From NCBI GenBank assembly GCA_043767805.1, contig JAYUGC010000058.1:9732-73731 (forward strand): a stretch of 64,000 bases of DNA, written 5' to 3'. The position numbers and the translations under genes are program-made. The notes beneath the pieces were generated by a model. That model worked only from the letters and a program-made list of their open reading frames with translations. It searched no databases and had not been told where the DNA came from. Shown piece by piece: positions 27,906-36,388 of the stretch (position 1 is its first letter; each line of letters starts with the position of its first letter). The DNA comes from Pseudomonadota bacterium (lineage in GTDB: Bacteria > Bdellovibrionota > FAC87 > UBA2466).

Positions 27906-29372
27906 TTAGCCTGCCTTGAAACGATAACGGGTGGCTCTGCCTTTGCCGGCTCGTTGCAGGCGCCCTTCGTGCATGGCGTCGGTAAGCGCGCGTCCGAGAG
28001 TGCGGTCGCTGACATCCAAGACTTTCGCCGCCTCTTTCAGGCCGAAATCGTCTTCGCCGAAAGTGGTGCTCGCGCGCTCGACCAATCCCACGGAGCGAGT
28101 CTCGGCGTTGGGCGCGAGATCCACGCGCAGCGGGCAGCGGGGACTGAGACGGTAACCGTCGTCCAAATGCTCGATACCGGCGCGAAACCTTTTTTTGGTG
28201 AGCGATCGTCTGAGCCGCATGACCAGCATGCGTACACGCGGCGGAGAGGTCAGCGGGTTGTAGAGCTCTTCCGGGTGAATGAGCTGAAAGAGAGTGGCGC
28301 CGCGAAACGGGCGAAAGAAATCAGACGCGAGCGCGCGCAGAAGCCGAAAGCGCGCATCCTCCGGAACGAGATCGGCGCCGAGGTCCATGGCGCCGGTGAG
28401 ATCGAGAGTCGTCGCTTTCTCCTTGCCGCCCGGAAGGAGGTAGCTCGTCGGTGGGGCGCCCCGGTAACCGAAGTCCACCAGAAGCTTTTCCCGAAAGGGA
28501 GCAAAGGGAGTGCCGAAGAAAACCCGCCAGAGCCGGGCTTCGTCTTGGGTCGCAACCGCGAGATAGCCCGCGCAGTCGCGAACGGTTTCCCAGTGGCTCG
28601 CTTTTTCAGCGAGCGTCTGTACCTGCTCCAATTCGAGAATGGCTTTCTTGGGCTCCTTTTTTAACGCGAGCACCGCGCGCCATTTCTTTAAAAGCAGTTC
28701 GTCCCATTTGGCCCATTCCGCCGATTGCTTTTCAGCGAGACTCAACGCGCGCTCGGCTGCACTCGAGTCGCCGATGCTAATGGCCCACTGCGCGCGGAGC
28801 TTCAGTGCATGGCCCAAAAGCAAATGAAAATTCGTTTCGCGCGCCTTGCTCTCGAGAGAGGTCAAAACCTTGTCGGCCTCGCCGAAGCGAGAGACGAAGA
28901 GAAAGGCCGCCGCCAGGTTGGCTTGGGCCACGAGGCGCTGATAAGGATCCGCATTCGGGACTTCGAGAAAGCGCTCCAGAAGCGGAATGGTGGCCCCGTA
29001 CTCCCAAAGGCTTACTAACGCGAAGGCTTGATAGAGTCCCGCCTCGGGCAATCCCACCACGGGCTTCGAGGTGAGTAGCTCCAGGGCCTCGCGAGGCGCG
29101 CCCAAGCGAGACAGATCAGCCGCGTACTCGGCGATTTCTTGCGGAGTGGCCTCGCTCTGCACTCGCTTGCCGAGCGGGCGGACCAGCGGGTGGAGCAAGG
29201 CGATTCCCAGATCGGGCATCTCCATCCGGCGGGCGAGGGCGGCGGCGGCAAGCCGATGCTCGCGTTTCACGCGGCCTTTGCAAAAACGGCGCAGGCCTTC
29301 CTTGGCTTTCGCCGTGCGTCCTCGTTTGATCAAATCGTCGATGACGAAGAGCGGGATGGGGAGAGATTTCAT
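27906..29372 (-). CDS. TPR-like repeat protein with C-terminal winged-helix/HTH domains (putative regulator)
   Basis: Helical Ala/Leu repeats; RVRMLVMRLRRSL...DDGYRL (OmpR-like wHTH); VSDRTLGRAL..GRLQRAGKGRATRY. Confidence 0.7.
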   Translation of the reverse strand: MKSLPIPLFVIDDLIKRGRTAKAKEGLRRFCKGRVKREHRLAAAALARRMEMPDLGIALLHPLVRPLGKRVQSEATPQEIAEYAADLSRLGAPREALELLTSKPVVGLPEAGLYQAFALVSLWEYGATIPLLERFLEVPNADPYQRLVAQANLAAAFLFVSRFGEADKVLTSLESKARETNFHLLLGHALKLRAQWAISIGDSSAAERALSLAEKQSAEWAKWDELLLKKWRAVLALKKEPKKAILELEQVQTLAEKASHWETVRDCAGYLAVATQDEARLWRVFFGTPFAPFREKLLVDFGYRGAPPTSYLLPGGKEKATTLDLTGAMDLGADLVPEDARFRLLRALASDFFRPFRGATLFQLIHPEELYNPLTSPPRVRMLVMRLRRSLTKKRFRAGIEHLDDGYRLSPRCPLRVDLAPNAETRSVGLVERASTTFGEDDFGLKEAAKVLDVSDRTLGRALTDAMHEGRLQRAGKGRATRYRFKAG

Positions 29373-29468
29373 GGGTCAGTAGGAGATTACCACGCCTTCC
29401 GTAGTCTGAGCCATTCTCCTCTGCGCTGAAAATAGCCGTATTCTTCCAGTGGCCGGAGCCTGAGGTTC

Positions 29469-29484
29469 GGGCCTTGTTGTTGCA
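29469..29484 (+). promoter_or_regulatory. Weak putative sigma54 promoter
   Basis: GGGCCTTGTTGTTGCA (GG-N10-GC) upstream of ATG 29509. Confidence 0.35.
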
Positions 29485-29508
29485 TTCTCCTAGTGCCGGG
29501 GGATTTCG

Positions 29509-30195
29509 ATGCACAACGAAAGTAGAGGCGGCCGCGCCGTTTTTGGGGCCGGCTTACTAATCTGGGTGGGATGGATGGCTTGGCCGTCCTCCGCTCCCTT
29601 GCGCGAAAGAGCGTCGCTTCCGAAGGCTTTCACTTCGGGTGCGGCTCGAGTGGCGGCGCCGCAATTGGCCGCTGTCGGTGGGCTTCCCGGCCCGCGCGTG
29701 CGCGAGTATATGGCGGCTTTTGAAGGACCTGAGCAAACCGCCGACCGAGAAGCTTCCAATCGGGCGTCCCATGCCGAGGAAGCCGCGACGTACTTGAAAG
29801 AGGGAAATTTCTTTCACGCGACCGAAGCCTATTTGAAGATCCTAGCGACCGATGCGAATAGCGTCGTCGCCCTTCGTGGCCTTCAAGCGGTGAGAAGCGG
29901 AGCTACCTCGCCCGATACGAGCTTGGAGGGAGATCCCACCGTGCTTCGGCGCAATTTGCTAGATGAGCTTAGCCGAGAGGCGGAGGAGATGCAGAGCGCG
30001 GGCCGGTTTCAGGAAGCGGTGAATGCCGCGAATCTTTTCTTTCGCCTTCCGAACGAGGATGCCGCCGAGTCGGAACGCGTTCGCTCCATTCTCGTTGGCT
30101 CTCAGATGTCCTTGCAGCAGGACCGTGTCAGCGCCGTCCAAGAGCTCACCGGGAACGTGCCCGGTAAGCGCGAGCCCGCCGAGGAAATCGATTAA
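29509..30195 (+). CDS. Membrane-anchored hypothetical protein with TPR-like helices
   Basis: N-terminal TM helix; AATYLKEGNFFHATEAYLKIL is TPR-like. Confidence 0.6.
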   Translation: MHNESRGGRAVFGAGLLIWVGWMAWPSSAPLRERASLPKAFTSGAARVAAPQLAAVGGLPGPRVREYMAAFEGPEQTADREASNRASHAEEAATYLKEGNFFHATEAYLKILATDANSVVALRGLQAVRSGATSPDTSLEGDPTVLRRNLLDELSREAEEMQSAGRFQEAVNAANLFFRLPNEDAAESERVRSILVGSQMSLQQDRVSAVQELTGNVPGKREPAEEID

Positions 30196-30497
30196 CGATC
30201 GTACTCGTTTCTTTCGATGAGCCGCTCGCTAATCCGGCGCGGATTGCCCACCACCTGAAATTGATTTTCATGATTGGCTCCTTCTTGCCCTAGTAAGCGA
30301 GAACCCAAGCGGCGGGTGGCTCACTTCTCTCTTTCAGGCTTGAGAAACTGTCTAATGTTTCGACAGTCGTGCGTAAGGCGGGGGGCGGGCGCCTTACGAG
30401 CTTAAAGCCTTGAAAGAACGAGCGGGAGATGGCCTCGCCGCGATTTGCCCGACTTAAGCGTAGCCGAGCACTGTTGGTAAGCGCGAGCCTGCGGTCA

Positions 30498-30513
30498 CGG
30501 CACGCCTGTTGCT
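30498..30513 (+). promoter_or_regulatory. Putative sigma54 promoter
   Basis: CGGCACGCCTGTTGCT. Confidence 0.55.
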
Positions 30514-30558
30514 CTAGTGACCCACGTAGTTTTCCGGGGGGTAACTTTGAATCGATGG

Positions 30559-31182
30559 ATGGCTTTAGGTATTTGGGTTGGAGTTTGTGTGGCGCCTGGT
30601 CTGGCGCGGGCAGGATCGAATCAGGTCCTGATCCACGTGGAAGGCTCGGATCGCTTGAAGTTGCAAGGTTGGGTGACCGGCAAGGTCTCCGTCCTCAATC
30701 GCAACACCCACGAATCGAAAATCGAAGAGCGGCGTGAGTTCGTCGAGGTAAGTGTGGCGAAGCTCGCGGGATTCGACCGTTTTTCCTGCACCCAAAGCTC
30801 CGGCACCAACGCCGTGAACGCCGATTTCATGAAGACCCTCCGCGAAACGGTGGCTCGCCATCTCGAAGTGACGGGAAAGATCATCCCCGAGCTCTTGAGA
30901 CAAGCTTTCATCAACCGCGTGACCGGCGACAACGACTGGGAGAGCGTGACTTGGGTGCACCCCGAGTTCGATTCCATTCTCGTGGAGTCTCCGAAGTGGG
31001 CTTACGAAGGTGAGCCTATCCGGGGTCTCGCGTCCGAAGGCGGTACGATCGATATGGAGTCTTTAGTGGATCTCACGCTCGTGCAGACGGGCCGCTGCGA
31101 CATGTCGGCGGCGGAGCTGGATCTTGCTGCGGTTCGCAACGAGACGACGAGCGCCGCGCGTCGCCTGGCGCGCATCCCCTAA
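30559..31182 (+). CDS. Secreted hypothetical protein
   Basis: Within ORF 30517-31182; signal-like N-terminus ending LARA; exact start uncertain. Confidence 0.55.
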   Translation: MALGIWVGVCVAPGLARAGSNQVLIHVEGSDRLKLQGWVTGKVSVLNRNTHESKIEERREFVEVSVAKLAGFDRFSCTQSSGTNAVNADFMKTLRETVARHLEVTGKIIPELLRQAFINRVTGDNDWESVTWVHPEFDSILVESPKWAYEGEPIRGLASEGGTIDMESLVDLTLVQTGRCDMSAAELDLAAVRNETTSAARRLARIP

Positions 31183-31211
31183 AGGACGCGGCTCGGTTAC
31201 AATAGGCGGAG

Positions 31212-31988
31212 ATGTCCCGCCGCGCCTTTCTCGTTCTTCTGCTGCTACTTCTCGTCGTTCCGGCGAAGGCCGCGGACTGCCCCTGGTACTACCGCATGAT
31301 GGGCTCGCTCGGCATCTGGCAACCGCAAGCGGTGACCCTTTCCACCGGCATTCGCGTTGAGCCCATATTCGATCGTGGCTTCCATCGTCTCGATTCCATC
31401 AAAATCACCGACGAGTTCGGACATGAGGTGATATACGAGCGAACCAATCGATCTTTAAAACAGCTTTGCGACGAACAGTTCTATCCCCCTGAGTTCTTCT
31501 ACACGGGTACTTTCGGAGGCAAGGTGCTCGACGTCGGGACCGGAAATGGCCAGCTCGTCTTCGATCTCAAGGCCAAGGACGCCGACGTTCAAGGACTCGA
31601 CGTCTTTTTGACCCCAAAGCAAATCAAGAGTGGTTTGTTCCGCCAAGCCGACGTCCGCGACACGGGGTACCCGACGGGCGAGTTCAAAGTGATCTTCGCG
31701 ACGGAGACGATCTTGTCCTATTCCGATGCGGCCGGAGTCTCGCGAAAGGCGGATTACCATCGCCGAGTGCTCGGCGAGCTTCGCCGGATCTTGGTGGATG
31801 ACGGGGTTCTTCGCGTCTCGACCGTGCCGTTACCGACGACGAACGATTCCCTCGGCAGGATCGTGGTAGATGAGGTGTCCCTTCAGCGGCAATACGCCGG
31901 CACCGGAATGCGAGTTAAGTCCTACCAGAAACGAATCGAGCAAAGGGCGAGCGTGCGCGGCTGGATCGAACTGGAGAAAGTGCCTTGA
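31212..31988 (+). CDS. Class I SAM methyltransferase carrying a signal peptide
   Basis: MSRRAFLVLLLLLLVVPAKA; VLDVGTGNG, VQGLDV, ADV, LRRILVDDGVL. Confidence 0.75.
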   Translation: MSRRAFLVLLLLLLVVPAKAADCPWYYRMMGSLGIWQPQAVTLSTGIRVEPIFDRGFHRLDSIKITDEFGHEVIYERTNRSLKQLCDEQFYPPEFFYTGTFGGKVLDVGTGNGQLVFDLKAKDADVQGLDVFLTPKQIKSGLFRQADVRDTGYPTGEFKVIFATETILSYSDAAGVSRKADYHRRVLGELRRILVDDGVLRVSTVPLPTTNDSLGRIVVDEVSLQRQYAGTGMRVKSYQKRIEQRASVRGWIELEKVP

Positions 31989-32221
31989 AAGCCTGTCAAG
32001 GCTACCTGCCCTTTTTGGACGCGCTCCGCGGCCTCGCCCTTTTACTGGTGCTCGCTCGCCACACGCTCGATCATTGTCTCGGAGCGTGGTTAGTCCAAAG
32101 TTATCCCATGGCGCTGGCGCTCGCCGGCCATTACGGCGTTCCGCTCTTCTTCATGGTAAGTCGTGGCGCTCCCAAAACTCGGCCACTTCTTTCAAGATAC
32201 TTTCCGATACGAGCTCGCTAG
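31985..32221 (+). pseudogene. N-terminal fragment of an acyltransferase-3 (OafA-like) gene
   Basis: YLPFLDALRGLALLLVLARH and GHYGVPLFFMVS are the first two family motifs; the ORF then runs into the helicase 3' end. Confidence 0.7.
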
Positions 32222-34565
32222 CGCTCGCGTCGAACCAATCTTTCGGCATGGACTTCGTGTAGCTCGCCTGCAGGAAGCGGCTATCCATGAGTACGATGAG
32301 CCCGCGATCGGTTTCCGAGCGGATGACCCGGCCCGCGGCCTGAACCGCTTTGGCCATCGCGGGAAACGTATAGGCGTACTCGAAGCCGCTTCCGTAGCGC
32401 TCCTGATAATACTCGCGCATGCCTTCCCGCTCGCGATCGAAACTCGGAAGGGGAGGGCCCACCACGAACGCCCCGATGATGGTATCGCCCGGGTAGTCGA
32501 CGCCTTCGGAAAAAACACCGCCCTGCACCGCGAATACTATGGTGGGGGCGCTTTGTCCTTTGAGGTGATTGATGATCTCTTCCACGTCGGGCGCTCTCAT
32601 CTCTCGCCGCTGGCGGATGACGGTGAATCCATCCGGCGCCTTGAACTGTTCGAGGGCCCGTTCCAAAAACTCGAAGCTCGGGAAAAAAGCGAAGTAGTTG
32701 CCGTGCCGGAGCGCAATCAGGCGCTCGATGACGTCGGCGACTTTCGGATAATTGCGTTGCCGGTCCGAATATTTCGTAGATATTTGCGGAATGATGAGGA
32801 GCTTTCGGCTCTCGCGCGAAAACGGCGACTGAAACTCGACGGTTTTCACGGTGGCCGGATCGAGCCCCGACAGCTTCGCGTAGTAGTCGAAGGGCTTTAA
32901 CGTTGCCGAGAAGCCGACCACTTGCTCGAACGAGTCGAAGCAAGGTTTCAACATCTCGGAGGCGTCACAGCAGGTGATGCGGACCGCGGCGCCGCCCGGC
33001 AGCTGCTGATAGGTGGTGAAAAACTCCGAGCGATCCCCGTCCGCGACGAACTCGAGCGCGGCCGTGAAATCGGTCCAGTAGGAATGCATCCGCAGCACGA
33101 CGTCTTTCGGATAAATTTCCGTGTCGGATTGCAGGTAGCGCGAAAGGAACTCGCGAAGATTCGCCTCTTGTTCGAGAAAGGGCTCGACCGGCGGGGTGAT
33201 GGGCGTGGACTTCGCCTCTCCCTCGGGGCTGCAGCTCAAAATCGTCTGGCAACAAAGGTCGAGCAGCGCGCTCGCTTCCGCCCGAAACCGCGAAGGCAGC
33301 TCCGCCGCCGCGGGCCGCAGGCGCTCCAGCACGATGGTCGAAAGCGTCGGGGAAAAATAATCCATGCCCCGGCCGGATAGGTTGTGCGCCTCGTCGATGA
33401 CGAGGTTCGGGCTCCCGGTCTGACTGAACCCGGACTCGCTCAACCTCGTGAACGACGAGCGCGGGGAGAAAACGTAATTGTAGTCGCAGATGACGACGTC
33501 CGCGTCTTTGGCGGCCTCGAGCTGCAATTCGAACGGGCACACTTGATACTCTTCGCCGAGCTTTCGGAACACGCGAGAGGTGAGCTTGCGTTTCTTCGCC
33601 AATTTCTCGGGCAAATTGTTTTGATAGACCTTCGTGTAGTGGTCCTTGGCGTACTCGCAAAAGTCGGGATTACAAAGCGGCTCGGCCTTGAAGCAAATCT
33701 TTCCCTTGGCGGTGATGGTGAGCGGGCGAATCTTCGCGCCCGTGTCTTGCAGCCGCTCCACCGCGTCTTCGGCGACCGAGTGCTGGCTATTTTTCGGCGT
33801 GACGTAAACGACGTTCTGCCCCCGATTCAAAGCCTCCCGCAAAGTGGGGTAGAGCACGCCCACGGTTTTCCCGAGACCGGTGGGCGCTTGAATGAGCATG
33901 CGCACCTTGGTCTCCATGCCTTTTTCGATGGAGTCGATGAGCTCCGTCTGGCCGGGGCGGGGCTTGGCGAAAGGAAACCGCATTTCCTTTGCGGCGCGAA
34001 CCCGGCGTTTGGCGCGTGCTTCGGCGAGTCGCGCTTCTTCGACCAGCTCCGCGAGCCGCCGTTCCAGCCACTCTTCGTAGGCCGCGACGTCGAGTTTGAT
34101 AAACAAGTCCTTCGAGTCCCAGGTGCGGCTCGAAACGAGATGAAACGATAATTTGGGAACGACCTGTTTCTCCAGCCAGTAGAAGTAGCCGTAGGTCAGA
34201 AGCTGGAGGCAGTAAGGGTGGCTCTCCGGCTGGTCGTTTAGCTTTTCCGCCAAGTCCTGGAGGTTGAAGGCGCTCTTAATCTCTTCGATGCGCGCAGGAT
34301 CTTCGTCGGTGGCGGTAAAGAGACCGTCCATTCTGCCGCCGATCTGAAATTTATATCCCTCACGCTCGAACTCTTGCTTCATCCAGACTTCGGACTGGTA
34401 GCCGGGGTGGCTTTTGGTGCGGGAGTCCTGGATGCGGGCGTGGATTTCCTGCCCATCTTCGAGCGTTCGGCCGAACCCGCTATGGGACTCGATGCTACCC
34501 ACCCGAGGCACGGGCAGGGCGAAGTCTCGGACGGCGATTTTGATCAGGGAGGGGGCTTTCGGCAC
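32151..34565 (-). CDS. DinG/Rad3-like Fe-S DNA helicase with N-terminal PD-(D/E)xK nuclease domain
   Basis: GRMDG..IEEIKS..LQL.TY nuclease motifs; APTGLGKT; four-Cys cluster; DEAH; FSEGVD; QAAGRVIR. Start is GTG 34565 or upstream (track 34682). Confidence 0.9.
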   Translation of the reverse strand: MPKAPSLIKIAVRDFALPVPRVGSIESHSGFGRTLEDGQEIHARIQDSRTKSHPGYQSEVWMKQEFEREGYKFQIGGRMDGLFTATDEDPARIEEIKSAFNLQDLAEKLNDQPESHPYCLQLLTYGYFYWLEKQVVPKLSFHLVSSRTWDSKDLFIKLDVAAYEEWLERRLAELVEEARLAEARAKRRVRAAKEMRFPFAKPRPGQTELIDSIEKGMETKVRMLIQAPTGLGKTVGVLYPTLREALNRGQNVVYVTPKNSQHSVAEDAVERLQDTGAKIRPLTITAKGKICFKAEPLCNPDFCEYAKDHYTKVYQNNLPEKLAKKRKLTSRVFRKLGEEYQVCPFELQLEAAKDADVVICDYNYVFSPRSSFTRLSESGFSQTGSPNLVIDEAHNLSGRGMDYFSPTLSTIVLERLRPAAAELPSRFRAEASALLDLCCQTILSCSPEGEAKSTPITPPVEPFLEQEANLREFLSRYLQSDTEIYPKDVVLRMHSYWTDFTAALEFVADGDRSEFFTTYQQLPGGAAVRITCCDASEMLKPCFDSFEQVVGFSATLKPFDYYAKLSGLDPATVKTVEFQSPFSRESRKLLIIPQISTKYSDRQRNYPKVADVIERLIALRHGNYFAFFPSFEFLERALEQFKAPDGFTVIRQRREMRAPDVEEIINHLKGQSAPTIVFAVQGGVFSEGVDYPGDTIIGAFVVGPPLPSFDREREGMREYYQERYGSGFEYAYTFPAMAKAVQAAGRVIRSETDRGLIVLMDSRFLQASYTKSMPKDWFDASASELVSESILKEVAEFWERHDLP

Positions 34566-34925
34566 AGCTCCGCATCCTACCTGGTCGCCTCCTAAGGTCC
34601 AAGGTCCGATAGGGAGCGGGCGGAGCCCCGGTGTCTTTCGAAATGAGGCACGGGATTTTAATGAAACTCCTCGCGCCGCCATCCAAAACCTGGTCGATTA
34701 TTTTCGGCGGACCACACGGAGAAGGAAAAAGAAACGGAATGGATTTCTAAAAATTTACGCTCGGCTCGTCGTGTCAAACGCTGGAGTGCAATAACTCTGT
34801 TCGTTAACCCAGCTAATGACAAGCTCAAGTTCAGAACGCGCTAACCAAAATTAAGGAAAATTATTTCTTTACGCTTTCCTGATGCACCCCTCTGCGTGGA
34901 TAGTTATCTCCTGTTGGAGGGTTCA

Positions 34926-36293
34926 ATGAAAAAATGGTTCTTTATCTTTCTCTGGAGCGGTCTCGCTCTCGGCGACAATCCGTATTTCATCGAAGATCAA
35001 CTCATCGTCCGGCTCGATCCGAACCAGGCGAAGTATGGCACGCGCAGCACGGTATTCACTCGGGCTGATTTGGCGGGCGCGGAACTGCTCGTTCCTGAGT
35101 TGAATCTGTATCTCGTGAAAACGAAGGGCCAGGGTTACTCCGCCCTTCTGAAGACGGGTAGAGACATGACCCAGCAGGGTGGCGTTTTGTACGTGCAACC
35201 CGACTATAAGGTGAAGCTCCGGGCCGCCGCTCCCGACGATCCGGGCTTTGCGAAACAATGGGCCTTGAACGGCACGTCCAGCGGCGGCATTCACGCGCTG
35301 GAAGCTTGGGGCGTGCTCGCCGGCATGCGCCGCATTCAGGCGCGCGGCTCCGACGTCGTGGTCGCGGTCGTGGACGACGGCGTGGACATCAACCACCCCG
35401 ATCTCAAGGAAAACATCTGGTACAACAAAGGCGAGATTCCTAATAACGGTAAAGACGATGACGGCAATGGTTACATCGACGACGTCGCTGGCTGGAATGC
35501 CTACGATGACAACGGTAAGATCAAGGTCGGCATGCACGGCACGCACGTGGCGGGCATCGTCGGCGCCAAAGGCAATAACCATCTGCACGTCGCTGGCGTG
35601 AACTGGGAAGCCAAGGTCATGGTCGTCAACGGGTCGAGCGGCACGACGTCCATCGTCGCCAAGGCCTACGGGTACGTGCTCAAGCAAAAGAAGCTTTGGC
35701 TCGAGACCGGCGGCAAGCAGGGAGCCAACGTGGTCGCCACGAACTCCAGCTTCGGCGTCGACGGCGCGGACTGTAAGAACGACGCTTATAAGGTGTGGAA
35801 CGATCTCTACAACGCCATGGGCGAGCAGGGGATTCTCTCCGCCGTCGCGACCGCGAACGCCGCGGTCGACGTCGACCGGGCGGGAGACGTCCCGAGCGGC
35901 TGCGAAAGCCCGTACCTCATCACGGTTACGAACACGACGAAGGACAGTCTCCGTCACCCGCAGTCGGGTTACGGCGCTCAATCCATCGACGTGGGCGCGC
36001 CGGGCACGGCGATCTACTCGACCACTCCCAACAACTCCTCGCAGGAGCTGACGGGAACGTCCATGGCGACGCCTCACGTGTCGGGTTCCATCGGATTCCT
36101 CTACACGCTGACCAGCGGAAGTCCCGCCATGCAGAGAGCCCAGCAAGGAGCGCCCGCCAAGACGGCGCTCTGGATGAAGCAGGCGCTCATGGCGACGGTC
36201 GACAAGATCCCCGCGCTCAAGGGCATCACGGTCTCCGGAGGCCGGATCAACCTCTTCGAGGCGGCCAAAGCGGTCGCCAAGAAGGCGCAGTAG
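34926..36293 (+). CDS. Secreted S8 subtilisin-like serine protease
   Basis: GGAGG RBS and signal peptide; VAVVDDG, HGTHVAG, GTSMATPHV catalytic triad. Confidence 0.95.
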   Translation: MKKWFFIFLWSGLALGDNPYFIEDQLIVRLDPNQAKYGTRSTVFTRADLAGAELLVPELNLYLVKTKGQGYSALLKTGRDMTQQGGVLYVQPDYKVKLRAAAPDDPGFAKQWALNGTSSGGIHALEAWGVLAGMRRIQARGSDVVVAVVDDGVDINHPDLKENIWYNKGEIPNNGKDDDGNGYIDDVAGWNAYDDNGKIKVGMHGTHVAGIVGAKGNNHLHVAGVNWEAKVMVVNGSSGTTSIVAKAYGYVLKQKKLWLETGGKQGANVVATNSSFGVDGADCKNDAYKVWNDLYNAMGEQGILSAVATANAAVDVDRAGDVPSGCESPYLITVTNTTKDSLRHPQSGYGAQSIDVGAPGTAIYSTTPNNSSQELTGTSMATPHVSGSIGFLYTLTSGSPAMQRAQQGAPAKTALWMKQALMATVDKIPALKGITVSGGRINLFEAAKAVAKKAQ

Positions 36294-36388
36294 GATCGGT
36301 TACGAACGACGCCCAAGTCTTTGAAATTATACGAGACTTGGGCGTCGTCGTGACTTGGGATTGGGGAAGGTGATATGGGTTCGCGTTC

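Noticed and set aside
34150..34460. Cas4-like motifs suggesting a type IV CRISPR (CasDinG) locus
   Set aside because: No repeat-spacer array and no other cas genes were seen in the window.
34923..36146. 407-aa antisense ORF over the S8 protease (similar ones at 55583-56935, 44868-46082, 38306-39286, 43418-44323, 52955-53893)
   Set aside because: Shadow ORFs of GC-biased codon usage opposite genes with clear motifs; they have no motifs of their own.
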